Shown here: piece by piece, positions 37,410-50,093 of the stretch | How positions within the stretch are numbered: the first letter of the stretch is position 1 | Layout: the number at the start of each line of letters is the position of its first letter | Assembly: GCA_030324005.1 (NCBI GenBank) | Contig: JARDVH010000001.1 | Coordinates: 122,230,341 to 122,294,340 of the forward strand | Source of the DNA: Negaprion brevirostris | Taxonomy: Eukaryota | Direction: 5' to 3' | Length of the DNA stretch: 64,000 nt | Made by a program: the position numbers and the translations under genes | Notes under the pieces: model-generated | Told to the model about the DNA's origin: nothing | Databases searched by the model: none | What the model saw: only the letters and a program-made list of their open reading frames with translations

Positions 37410-39225
37410 TGAACAATGTCTATGTGCATGAATCACAAAAGGCTAGAATGCAGGGACAGCAAGTCATTAGGAAAGCTCATAGAGTGTTATTATTTATTGC
37501 AAGGGGAATTTAAGGGGAGGCAGTGGCAGAGTTGTCACTGAACTCATAATCCAGAGATCCAAGATAACGCTCTGGGGTTCCAAGCCCACCAAAGCAGATG
37601 ATGAAATTCGAATTCAATAAAAAAATCTGGAATTAAAAAGGTTTAATGATGATCATGAAATGATTGTCATATTAAAAAAAAATCTGGAGAGAAGGACATT
37701 ACCTGATCTGGCCTACATGTGACTCAAGAGCCACAGCAATGTGGTTGACTCTTAACTGCCCTCTGAAATGGCCAAGCAAATCACTCAGCTCAAGAGCAAT
37801 TGGGGATGGGCAATAAATACTGACCCGGCCAGTGACACCCTCATCTCCTGAAAGAATATTTAAAAATTGAACACAACAGTAGGGAGGTTATGTTTCAGAT
37901 ATACAGGACATTGGTGAAACCACATCTGGAGTACTATGTACAGTATCCTATTTAAGAAAGGATGTAAATGTGTTGGAAGCAGTACAGAGAAGGTTTACCA
38001 GACCAATACCTGGAATGGGTGAGTTGTTTTATGAGGGCAGGCTGGGCTTATATCTGCAGGGGTTTAGAAGAATAAGAAGGAACTTGATCGAAACGTACAA
38101 GATTCTGAGGGTTCTGGATAAGGTGGATATGGAGAGGATCTAGAACTAAGGGTCACTGATTAAAAATAAGGAGCCAACCATTTTAGACAGAATTGAGGGG
38201 AATTTTGTTTCAGGGTTGAGAGTGTCTGGAACTCTTCCTCAAAAGGCTGTGGAAGCAGAGTCTTCAGGTGGAATCTTGAGCCTGTGTTTGCCATCCGTGG
38301 AATGAGTGGCAGGGGCTCAATATCCAGCAAAACCCGGAAGTCATGAATCTCACCAGCACAACTGTGACTTTTAATTTTTGCCGCACCTCACCGGCGGCAT
38401 CTACAGATTCATGTTCAGAATGGGCAAGAACCTGATTTACATTTATTTTAATATATTTCCATATTATTAAAGAACCCCATTGCCTGATATTGAGTCCCTG
38501 ATGTGTTTTCAAACCACATTGATGTTACATCACATCAGTGTGGTTTACAACATGTGCCCAAATATGCCAGGGGAAAGTGCCAGGGGCAGACCTCAATGGG
38601 AGCCTCATGTTGGGGGAGGTGGGGTGGGGTGGAGGATTCATTTGTTTGTGGTGGTGATCAGCAGCCCGCATAAGAGCCAGTGATGGCTGTTCGGGTGGGG
38701 TGCTGGGGACAGGAGTCCAATGTTTGGGGTGGGGGAGGGGGTGAGTGATTGGTGCCAGCTCCGATTACCAAGGTGAATAGTGGCCCTTTCGGAGGATTGG
38801 GGGGTGGCAAATGCCAGCTCCGAGACCTGTGTGATGGGGTGAGATGGAGAAAGATCATTGCTTAGTCGGATTGGATACTCTTTAAACATGGCGTTCCAAT
38901 CTCAGTACAGCCGGGCTTTGCTAGTGTGCTGAGGCTCCGCCCCACATATGATGGTGTGAAACACTTCCAGCTGAAGTGTGGTAAGATCTGAAAGAAACTC
39001 GCCATTTTTCTCACCAGAACCAACACTGCCAGTTTCTGGTAAGATTCTCCCCTAGCTAGAGAGATTCTTGATTAACAAAGTAGGTGAAAGGTTATCGGGG
39101 GTGGGCAGGAATGTGGGATCAAGGTTACAGTCAGATTAGCCATGATCTTATTGAATGGGACAGCAAGCTCGAGGGGCCACGTGGGTCATTCCTACTCCTA
39201 GTTCATACTTTTGTATGTTTGTTTG
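37410..39225 (+). mobile_element. CR1 LINE 3' fragment interrupted by a SINE (37515-37862) and a TIR element (38266-39052)
   Basis: LVKPHLEYYVQ...KDVNVLEAVQRRFTRPIPG; CR1 tail cctactcctagttc...tgtatgtttgt. Confidence 0.85.
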
Positions 39226-40869
39226 TACAAAATATGGAAAAATAACACCTTTTAGCCATAAAAAGTCTTACATATGAGTTATATTTTACACAATACTGAA
39301 TTTTCTTAGGATTTCTCCTGTTCAGTCACTGTAATCTTGGCAGAGGTTTGGGGAAACACTAGTAATGCATGTAAAAAGATTTTCTGCTGAACCAGTGGGA
39401 GTCATTGGCACAGCAAGAGAAAATCATTACCATTTTAAAGAGGATCAGTGAAATGCACTGTAGGAGGTTTATTGGTAGATATATCACAAAGATGATTTTG
39501 ATGCTTCATTAACTGATGCATTGCTTCATTGATTGGGACGTATCTTTGTGGGGGAAGGAGGTGGGGCTTACAGAGGGATACTACAAAGACTGTGGTTGAT
39601 TCGCTAGGATTGGATTAATAACCATACTGGAGGTGGGCTTCTTGGCCTACTTCTGATTTCCACTGGATAGTCCTGCCAAAAGGGACTGAGTTTTGATATG
39701 ACAGGTCTCCATACTGCCTGCAAAGTGTGGTTTGATTGTGGAAAAAGTGCTGTCCTCCCTGCTCAGGCCTGATCACAACGTCCCCTGAATGTTTGCACAG
39801 ATCCTGACTTCTCTCGGATTCCTCAGCCCCCTGACTGCCCGCTGCCAAGATTTAGCTGACTGGCCTTTCCAGGCAGCCTTTGTGTCAAGTGTTTAAACAT
39901 TGCAGATTACAGGAGAAACAGTAGAAGCCACTTTATCTAATAAATCTATGTATTGTGACCCAAGGTACAGCTGAACGCTTGGGCGACAGTTACCCGGTGT
40001 TTGTGCCTTCTGCCGCCGGAGAAACCCCACAGCGGGGTGGGGTGGGGGGATTGCTGTCAGAGGGACAGGAGAGGCTGGAAAATCCCACCGTCTGTCTCTG
40101 CCCAAAAAACTTGTGTCAGGTGGATGTTTCAAACATAAGCTCTGTGGTGGAACATTTTCACAGAAGCTCATTACTCAGAGTGTTCTGAATATTACCACAG
40201 TAACAGCTTTTAGAAGGGTTAGACAGTCACATGGGAGAAAAATGAGTCAAAAGCTATGCAGGAAGGCTGCGATGAGGTAGGCAGAACATGAGGAGTATCA
40301 GCACACACTGGTTGGGCCAAATGGTCTGTTTCTGTGCTCTATAATTTGTGAAATATAACATAAAGAAAGCCTGATATGTTATTTACTTGATTCTTTCCTG
40401 TTGATACTGAGATCCAAGCTTCTAAGATTTAAAGCAGGAGTTTTCATCACCTCTAAATAAAACAATGTTGTTAAATGTCTCTAACCTGCTATTAGGTTAA
40501 TTAGCATGTTCTTTTTTTAAAAAAATCTTCAGTATGATTGGAAAACTAGTGTACATACAATGTACAGCACAGAGTATTGCAAGAACTGAAGACCCAGTCA
40601 TTAACAGATGATGGAGTCACAACCCTTTATTATCCAGGAATAGGTTTGGAAACGTCATGGATTGACACGACATTTTAAAATAGTGGCATTTTGCTAAAGG
40701 TTAAATTAAAACAGGCAAACATTTGAAACAAATTCTGTTAAAAGTTGTGGAAGACATGGGTTGTACCTTGTACTTAACAGCAATAAGTACTAAGCAAGAA
40801 AGAAAGTAGAATAACTTCTTTATACCTACTTACTAACATCTCAGTATTGAATAGGTATGAAGTTGTAGC

Positions 40870-41330
40870 CTGGCTGGTGCTGAGAAGGAACTTCTCTGTC
40901 AGATCCTTCCTGCACTCATGGAGGCTCACTGCCTCCGCATGTTACCGCTGAGGTGGCTGCAGTGGGAAGGGACCATCTTCCTCCTCTGGAATGTACCTTT
41001 GCAAAGCGGGTCTGGAAAGAGATTCAATGGTTCTTGTCAAGGTTCATCCTCAGCAGTTCTCAAGCCAGACTCCACTCTACAGATTGTTCCCAGGGAGGCA
41101 GACTGAGTTAATATTAATCGCTGCTGGAGGACCATCTACTCAATGAAAGGTAGTCTATAATCTGACCAAAATCTGCTGGGCTTCCAGTGCAAGGAGATGT
41201 CAATGACCAAGTGTTGCAAACTGACATTTTCCAAGGTCCTAAACAATGTGCCAAATGATACACCAAAGCTTGGAGCAGTGCTGCAACGGCACTATAGGGA
41301 AAGGCCATTGTCTGAGGCCTTCCAGCTGTT
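40870..41330 (+). mobile_element. Tx1-type (L1 clade) LINE 3' fragment
   Basis: WLVLRR..SVRSFLH...GGC...ECTFAKRVWKEIQWFLSRFI...CWRTIYSMK...CCKLTFSKV..PKLGA; C-terminal zinc-knuckle region characteristic of Tx1 ORF2. Confidence 0.75.
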
Positions 41331-42499
41331 CTACACCAAGGAGTTAATAGGCTGCAGTTGGACAGGAAGTTCTGCCTCATAAATCTTCCAGCCAATTAAT
41401 TGGCTGGCAGCTCAATAGTCCCAGCAGTGTCAGGTGGGAGCAGTGGCCACCACTGGGACTACAGGCAGTCTCCATTAGAGACTGTTCTACATGGTGCTGG
41501 ACACAAAGTAAGCTGGTTGTGGGGAGGGTAAAGGAGGCAATGTGATCTTGGGGGATGGGTTTCACGGGCACAGGCCGCATGGCTAAAGCTGCTGGGCTTC
41601 CCACATTGTGTGGGCCTTGCCCTGACACTTTTAAAAAGCAGCAAGGGAACAGAAGGAGGTCCTTAAGTGGCAATTAATTGGTTTCATGAATGACAAGTAA
41701 AAAGACTAAGTGGCCAAATCCATGTGTGAGGCTAGATGGTTTCAGTGGAGTACTTAGCAACAGAATCAAGTCTGATTCAATCCTCCCCCAGTGCCAACTC
41801 ACTTTTCAAAAGGTGCCATTACATAATACCTAGGAGTAGGAATCCTGTTTGATAGTTTCTGCCTCAGCTCAGAGGAACTTGCGATGTTTAAGCTGTGGCT
41901 CCAGATGAAGGTTCACTATTTTTCACCAGTTTTAAAAGGTGTTCAATCATTCGATCACTTCCACATAAAGCATTGTTCCTCTTCTGAGACTCAATGCAGA
42001 CAACTTACTTGAGGTCTCCATCAACCAATAATGATCTCCAAAAGTAGCTTAAGAAGGGAAGGTGAAAGATTTCTGTATGTATTGCTTAAGTAACTAATTG
42101 AGCTTAATGATAGATATAAGAATGACAGATGATATGGAAATTTACGTGTTCTAATATAATGTTGTTTGCCTGTCGGTGCTCTATATACAGACTGTTTCTA
42201 CACTCTATCTATTGACATACAAGACCAAGAAAATCTCTGGCTGATCATCACCTACTTCCCCATTTCTCCTCTTGAATATTACTTAGGAAGGTCCAAGCTA
42301 GAAGAGAGAATATTCTTTGGTTGGGCACTAGATTGGACAGGGTGATGAATCAAGACAAGAAAGTAAGTTACTTGGCATCGTAATCTATCTATTACAGAAA
42401 CTCACCAATTAACTGCTCTGCTATCACAGCTTTTAAAATAAGAGTTGGGCCATTTTCTAATGTGGAAATATTTGTAGGGATACAGGAAAAACAAAAAGT

Positions 42500-42912
42500 C
42501 AGAATGTAGCTCAGTCCATCACTCAAACCATCATTGACACTGTCTACACTTCAGTCTGCCTTGGAAAAACAGCCAGCATAATCAAGGACTCCAGACATTT
42601 TCTCTTCCACCTTCTTCTGTCAGGAAAAAGTTACAAAAGTCTATGGTCACGTACCAACTGACTCAAAAACAGCTTCTTCCCTGCTACCGATAAACTTTTG
42701 AATGGACCTCCCTCGCACTATATTGATCTTTCTCTACACCCTAGCTATGACTGTAACATCACATTCTGCACTCTCTCCTTTCTTTCCATTGCTAAGTACT
42801 CCACTGAAACCACCTAGCCTTCACTGTGAAGGTATGTTTTGCCTGTATAGCGTTGCAAGAAACAATACGTTTCACTGTACATTAATACATGTGACAATAA
42901 TAAAATCAAATC
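42500..42912 (+). mobile_element. Rex1/Babar LINE 3' fragment
   Basis: Matches 48340-48727; ends tacatgtgacaataataaaatcaaatcaa. Confidence 0.85.
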
Positions 42913-43627
42913 AAGGGAAAAGGCAGGAGAGTGGTACTAGATAAATTGCTCTTGCGGAGATCTGGCAGGGATATGATGGGCCAAATGGCATCTATGATGC
43001 TTCTATGTTCAATATTGGTTCTGCTTGAAGCACTTAGCTCCAGGCCTTATCCCAGATGTAAGACCTGAATGTCTGAGAGAGAGATGGGATGAATTGAGTG
43101 AGAGAGAGAGAGAGAGATGGGGAGAGCTCATCTCCATATTAAGACAATCATGAACATGGCACCAAGGAATACTTGGGAAAACTGTGGCCAATAGAGGTAG
43201 ATGGGAAAGCAATCAAGAATAATAGCAGCAGTCTCATGGGAATGCCATCATGTCCAATGTCTCCTCGTTCACACACGATCCTGACTCCCACTTGCATTGT
43301 CTTTATTATCTTCGGATTTAACATCCTGGAATTCTCACCATGAGAAATGATGCAAGGCCATTGAAAATGGATAATGAATTTGGTTCTGCCAGTGTTGCCT
43401 ACAGGAGCAAAAGAAAGAACAACTGTTTCCAAGCCTTGTGAATCTCAACATAATAAACAAATATCACTATAAATGAGTCTGAATCACTCCGATTTTATGG
43501 TCCAGTTTGGTGACCCGTTTGGTAAAACAAATTTTATCTGTAAATAGAATAGTCGTAGTGTTTCAATATGAGAAGAAGCTTTATATGGACTGAATACAAG
43601 CTGAGTCGAGTTTTCTTTAAAACCTAA

Positions 43628-43772
43628 GTTGAGCTTTCTCTACACCTTAGCTATGACTGTAAAACTACACTCTGCACCCTCTTGTTTTCTTCTCTATGAA
43701 CAGTATGCTTTGTTTGCAAGAAACAATACTTTTCACTGTTTACTAATACATGTGACAATAATAAATCAAATC
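43628..43772 (+). mobile_element. Rex1/Babar 3' UTR fragment
   Basis: ctacaccttagctatgactgtaa...gtgacaataataaatcaaatcaa. Confidence 0.85.
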
Positions 43773-43895
43773 AAAAAAAAATTGTTAAAACCAGTCAGCT
43801 TTTTTTGCACAGAGCTGCTGGCAGCTTGTTCCAAATCTCCGTAAAGTCCTTGGACAAATGCTCAGGTTCCTCAAGTACAAGGATTCAGGGGGAGG

Positions 43896-43982
43896 ATGTC
43901 TGAGCTCTCTCTTCTGTCCTATTCAGGCAGTCAGCAGGAAGCAAGTGGATACCTGTGTTTGGAGAAGAGACCTGAAAGTGAG
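43896..43982 (+). other. Candidate exon (ATG-initiated 29 codons or 56-nt internal exon from 43927)
   Basis: Donor GAG|GTAAGA; acceptor ctctctcttctgtcctattcag|; frame MSELSLLSYSGSQQEASGYLCLEKRPESE not recognised. Confidence 0.25.
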
Positions 43983-44287
43983 GTAAGAAGGTAAAACCTT
44001 TTTATCTCGCTGGGTTTCTAAGTACAGCTCATGTTTCCTGGTAAACTGGCTATTATCTTTTCGTCATGGGAGAAAGATATTTACTATTGGCTCAGCTGAT
44101 AGGTTATCTAATCCATTTGAACAATTGATAGGTATCCGTGTGTTCTTTGCAGAGTTAATTTGTATCACTCGCTAGTTAATGAATCTATTGCTTTTCATGC
44201 GTGAGGAAAATTTAGTGTTTTCTTTAAGTTGTTCATTTTTTTGTTTGGTTAATTAGTTTCCCACCAGTTACAAGTAGAAGGATTCTT

Positions 44288-45055
44288 GGGGGCAATTTTC
44301 TGATCTCGCCACACCTGATCACGCCAAACCCACAATACTGTGTGGTCTAAAAACCAGTTTCGTGCCTGGAGCCAAACAGTTTGCAATCATCCTGGTCTCT
44401 TTCTACTGGTGCAGACTAGATCACACCCAGATGTGGGTGGATTAGCACCTTTAAAATAGAATTTAGCCATACAACACCGGATTCTCCTAGCTCCCAGGAC
44501 CTTTCGATTCTTGACTTGTGAGAATCACGACTGGCCTCCTCAAACAGCGGTCATTGGGGACGTGGCTGGCAGTGCCCATTTGGCACACTGACAGTGTCCA
44601 CCTGGCACTGCCAGTGTGTCGAGGTGGGACCTGAGTGGGGTCTACGAGGGGGGTGGGCTATGCTGGGGGGTCATGCGGGGAGGGGTCGTGCAGGTGTGGA
44701 ACATGAACTGAGGGCATTACAGGGGTCAGGAAGGGGGGGTACACGTCAAGAATTATGGGGGGGACATGTCGCAGATCATGAAGAGGGACCCATTGGGAGG
44801 GCCCCAATGCGCTGATGCTGGTACCCTGTGTTGGGGAGGATGTGGGGAAGCATGCCACCGATGGCAGCAGTTCCCGATGTCCATCATGGGAGGATGGTGG
44901 TCCCACAGTGCACTGAGATCGGGACATCCTTCCAAAACAGCACTGAAAGCTTTGCAGCTGCAGTCACTGGCTTTCTTAGGCCCTGTCCATTCCAGAGCTG
45001 GCTCGTAATTCACCGTTCTCCCAAAAAATGAATAAATGTGGGAGGATTGCGGTCT
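44288..45055. mobile_element. Non-autonomous TIR element (Harbinger-like)
   Basis: ggggcaattttct...ggaggattgcggtc termini; internal ggcagtgccc/ggcactgcc motifs shared with 38266 and 52460. Confidence 0.55.
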
Positions 45056-45584
45056 GGACTGCCTCAGTGTTTTGAGAAAATCATAACTCTTATATTTATT
45101 CTTACCTACCTACTAAGAAATCTGCAAGAGGTGTAAGACTTCTTATACCATCTTACTTTAAAAACACAAAGATTTTTGATTTGCTTTATTTCTTCCTTGT
45201 GCTAATTCCATTTGTATACATATTAAGCTTTGCCAGGTCAGGTATAGCAGAGGAAAATCTAGAGTAAAAGTCCCTTTAAATTACTGTCTCTAATCTCTGC
45301 CCCAGCAATATGCCAATGTCCGTTGGAACACTATAATTGGGTTCAGTGTCTTGATCGTAGTTTGGTATCATTTCCCAAATCTATCGGTACATCCGGCTGC
45401 TTATCTTCTTTCTCAGATATCAAGATTGAGAATTGAGGTGTTGAAGATTTCAGGCTATTGGGAGTTGGGTGGCAGAGTTTGTTAAACTTTCACAGGGTAA
45501 AATCTTTCACCAATAGTGGGCCCAAGCATGTTCCGGAATACTCCAACCGAGTACTTTACATTGTTGTGATGTTATAATTTAATT

Positions 45585-45935
45585 GTAATAATCACAATAG
45601 CAAGTCTGCATACAGCGAAACCCCATAAACAGCTGTCAGAGAGTAGACCAAATAGTGTTCTCGGTGATGCAGTTTGAGAGCAAAATGCTAGCTAGGACAC
45701 TAGGAGAACATCCCTTACAATGGTACCCATGGAATTTTTTACATCCATTTGAATGGGCAGTTGGGGCCTCAGTTTAACATTCCATTCAAAATAGTTCATG
45801 GCAGATGAGGGGAAAAACTGTCCAAAAAATTGCCTCAGTTCCTTCAACCATGCAGTACTCCCTCAGCATCGCAATAAAATGTCAGCTTAGGTTAATTAAA
45901 TATGTTCTAACTCAGATAAGAAAGCTACCGCTGAA
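45585..45935 (-). mobile_element. Deu-domain SINE (SacSINE1/AmnSINE1-like)
   Basis: catggaattttttacatccatttga...ggggcctcagtttaacat...gcagtactccctcagca is the reverse of the Deu core (ggatgagacgttaaaccgaggccc...gtaaaagatcccatgg). Confidence 0.75.
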
Positions 45936-46542
45936 CAGAACATTGGGGATCTAAGTTTCAGGTAAAGCCCAAAGGAATGGGAAGAATATCTCCTCAGCCT
46001 AAAAGTCCAATGTAATATTAGCTTGACAAAACACATTCATTAAGGCCACAGGATGATTGATAAGAGAAGTGAGAAATCCTGTGCCTTCGCTGTTAGTGTG
46101 AGAGAATGGAACCCTCTCTTGAAACACCCTGAGGGCAGGTATAACCCAGCTGAATACAGGTGAAGCTTTCTCTACTACCCATCTCAGTCCAAAACTCACA
46201 GCAGGAAAGAAAATCAGCCTCATTCTCTCTTGATCCTTGCTGAGACTGGTTGGCAGATTTTAATGTTTGTAATTATTTGTATACTATGTGTAACATATTA
46301 AATTATAAAATAACATTTGTGTGAGTTGTCGCTTGAAAAGAATTAATGGGTTAAAGCAGACCTGGGAATCATACACTTTCTTACGCTTCCTGGTAGTAAA
46401 TCAGATGGTACTTTTAACTTCCTCTTTGAGGGGAATATTTCTATATACCTTATACTCATATATAAAGGGTTAAGAGAGGGTGAAGTATATTAGATTTTTC
46501 TGTCGTGGATTTAACTCACAGCATGCTAATTTTTATGCTGAA

Positions 46543-46768
46543 ACTGCTTCTCGGCCTTTTGGCTAAGATCAAACATTGGATCAAACCCAAAATGGGATAC
46601 AATGCCTTATCTTCTCAGCTTGGATCTTGTTTGTCTCTCTTGCGGGGACCATGAATTGGATTCAATTGAATTTGAATTTGATTTTTGGAGCAAACGAGGA
46701 GGTGGATTCGGCCCGGTCCACTCTGAGCATCGGCTTTGTAATTTTAAGAATGGAGTAAAAAATTTTTT
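46543..46768 (+). pseudogene. U2 snRNA-derived element (remodelled U2 / candidate snRNA-headed SINE)
   Basis: gcttctcggccttttggctaagatcaa identical to U2 nt 4-30; gatttttggagca Sm-site region; gtccactc..gcatcg 3' similarity; branch-point recognition GTAGTA absent. Confidence 0.85.
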
Positions 46769-47675
46769 CAAGAATTCTTGGGCCCACTCTAATGCCTCCA
46801 GCTGACCTGGACTACCTGGGTTCAGCTAACTTAAATATTGCTTGTGGTATCCATACCAGTATGGGTGCAACTTGGGTGATGCTAGTGAGGGAGTGACAGG
46901 AGGAAAGTACAGCATTGGCAATCTGTTTAGTGATGCAGGGGAGGAGGAAGCTTGTCTTGTCAGCTTCAAAGGATTTCTTTGAGAGTTGCCACGATATTGC
47001 TAGTGTTTGTCTGGGCTAGCCTGACAAGACTCAGGCTAGGACATCCCATAGCCACCCAATAGCGCCTCCCCATGGACCTGGATGTCAATTCAATTATTTG
47101 ATTGCTGGAGGCACATGAGGGGCAATTGGGAGGAGGCTGAAATCCCCCCTCTCTTTGTCACACTGGAAATGGTATGTGCCAACTGTTCTGGGGCAAACAT
47201 GCAGTAATGCCTGAATTTCTGCACTTTCATCAACGCTGCCAGCTGATTTATCCAAGGATTTTCCTGAGGAAATTCAAAGCCCATACCTTTATCCAATTTA
47301 TCTCTAAATCTCAGATGAAGGTTTATGACATTAAACAACACACCATGAGGTACCTGCCATTCCAAAGTGAGTGCGGTAATATAGAACAACATAGAATTTA
47401 ATTAGCCAAGATTACTATAAACAAGTTAACAATATTAACCTTTAGGTCCCACCAATTCTACAAGGATAAATTACTCAAAAGGTGCAACTACCAGAGTGTA
47501 GGAACAAGCTTTGGTTACAGGAGTAATCATAAACCATTGAGAGAGAAAATGGTTGTATAAAATACCTCAAAATTGCAATTACACAAAGGCTACAAGGGTA
47601 TAAGCATTTATGGGAAAGGTAACAGTTTGATCAGATGGTACTGATTTGTGTAGTCACTACGTTCAGTGCAAACAT

Positions 47676-48727
47676 CTGTGGCCTGGGCCTCGGCACGTCC
47701 CTCTGTGACTGGATCCTGAACTTCCTAACTCACTGACCACAATCAGCAAGGATAGGCAACAACACCTCCTCCACAATCATCCTCAACATCAGTGCCCCAC
47801 AAGGCTGTGTTCTCAGCTCCCTACCATACTCCTTACACACCTATGACTGTGCAGCCAAATTCCCCTCCAATTCGATTTTCAAGTTTACTGACAACACCAC
47901 CAAAGTGGATTGGAGCTCAAACAATGCCAAGACAGAGTACAGGAATGAGGTAGAGAAACTGGTGAACTGGTGCGGCAACAATAATCTCTCCCTCAATGCC
48001 AACAAAACTAAGGAGACCGTCATCGACGTCAGGAAGCGTAAAAGGGGAACATGCCCTTCTACATCAATGGGGACAAAGTAGAAAGGGTTCAGAGCTTCAA
48101 GTTTTTAGGTGTCCAGATCACCAACAACTGTCCTAATCCCCCCTATGCTGACACTATAATTAAGAAAACCCACCAACACCTCTACTTCCTCAGAAGATTA
48201 AGGAAATTTGGTGTGTCAACTATGACTCTTACCAACTTTTACAGAAGCGTCATAGAAAGCATTCTTTCTGGTTGTACCACAGCTTGGTATGACTTCTGCT
48301 CTGCTCAAGACTGCAAGGAACGACAAAAGGTCATGAATGTAGCCCAATCAATCAATCACGCAAACCAGCTTCCCATTCATTAACTCTGTATACACTTTCC
48401 GCTGCCTCGGCAAAGCAGCCAGCATAGTTAAGGACTCCACACACCACGGCCATTCTCTCTTCCATCTTCTTCTTCTTTCAGGGAAAAGATACAAAAGTCT
48501 GAGGTCACGTACCAACCAACTCAATAACAGCTTCTTCCTTGCTGCTGTCAGACTTTTGAATCTTACCTTGCATTAAGTTGATATTTCTCTACACCCTAGC
48601 TATGACTGTAACAACATTCTGCACCCTCTCGTTTCCTTCTCTATGAACGGTATGTTTTGCCTGTACAGCACACAAGAACTTTTCACTGTATGCTAATACA
48701 TGTGACAATAATAAATCAAATCAAATT
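47676..48727 (+). mobile_element. Rex1/Babar LINE, 5' truncated
   Basis: LCDWILNFLT...APQGCVLS...KFTDNTT, VERVQSFKFLGVQIT, LYFLRRLRKFG...FYRSVIESILSGC; (AAATC)n tail. Confidence 0.95.
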
Positions 48728-48734
48728 AAATTCG

Positions 48735-48945
48735 AAGGGTGCCTGGAACTCACTGCTGGGAGAGGTAGTGGAAGCAAATACAATAGTAACTTTTAAGAGA
48801 TGTCTTGACAAATACATGAATAGGATGGGAATAGAGGGATATGGTCCCCAGAAGGGTAGAGGGTTTTAGTTCAGACAGGCAGCATGGTCTGTGCAGGCTT
48901 GGAGGGCCAAAGGGCCTGTTCCTATGTGGTAATTTTCTTTGTTCT
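48735..48945 (+). mobile_element. CR1 LINE 3' end
   Basis: GAWNSLLGEVVEANTIVTFKRCLDKYMNRMGIEGYGP. Confidence 0.9.
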
Positions 48946-49697
48946 TTTTTCTAAATTCAAGTTGATTTCAAATAAAAAGTTGATTGTTCATAATCTAGGT
49001 TGTGGATGAAAGTGAATTATTAACATGTTATTATTGCAACATAAGATCCATGTTGCATTTTAATAATTTAATTAGGATTTTTAGATTTCTATGAATATAG
49101 CCTCTTTCTCTCACATTCCACTTCTCCCCTCCTAAAGCCTCCCCAAAACAATTGAGCTGATTTGAGATTTCTCCTCAATTAGTTTCTGGAAAATGTCGGT
49201 CTCCCTGACTTAAAAAAATGCCATTTCTCGATTTAAATAAATCATATAACTGCTTTGGACAAATTAACATTTTCTGTTAAGTGCTTAGAACTATTATTTT
49301 AGCTAGAAAATTCAGAAGAGTAGATGCTTAAAATCTTAAGGAATTTACTCATATCGATTTGATTTCCATTCAAAGACTTGAGAATTAACAGCATTTAACA
49401 CATTATAAAGACTATATTGAGCTAAAGACTGAAAAGATACTCTTCAAAGTTATTTCTCAACACCACTAAATAAGTACTTTTCCTCCCTTACAAAAATTAA
49501 TACCCTTAAATGCAGAGTCACGGTGGCAGCCCCAGCTTGAGTAGCATTGTGAAGTAAACGAAGTAGCCCTTGCTATCAAGAGACTCAAAGACCAAACTGA
49601 AAGGGGCAAGTTTCCAGTAAATGTAGCATTTCCTGTAGCAACATAAATGCTGATGAAATGTTGTTGCAGACTCATCTTTTACAAGCAATGACAACCA

Positions 49698-49905
49698 TGG
49701 TTCAGTTGGTGGCAATCTTGCTACAGAGTAGGAAGGTTATGGGTTCAAATCCCACTCTTAAGACACCTGAGCACATAAATCTAAGATGACACTCCAGCGC
49801 AATGTTGATGGAATTTTATAATGTCGTAAATACCACCTTTTGGATGAGATGTCAAATTGAAGCCCCTTCTGATCCCTCTGATGAATATAAAAAGATCCCT
49901 GGCCA
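49698..49905 (+). mobile_element. Deu-domain SINE 5' half
   Basis: tRNA-like head (gggttcaaatcccac) followed by ttttggatgagatgtcaaattgaagcccc...aaaagatccctggc. Confidence 0.75.
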
Positions 49906-50093
49906 TGAGCAGTCCATCCAGGTTGAACAGCATGGAAAAGAACATCGCCGTGTATAAATACTAACGTACGAAACAGGAGCAGGAATACGCCTCNNNNNNN
50001 NNNNNNNNNNNNNNNNNNNNNNNNNNNNNNNNNNNNNNNNNNNNNNNNNNNNNNNNNNNNNNNNNNNNNNNNNNNNNNNNNNNNNNNNNNNNN

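Noticed and set aside
46543-46768. Functional canonical U2 snRNA gene
   Set aside because: Branch-point recognition sequence and SL IV missing; no recognisable PSE or 3' box
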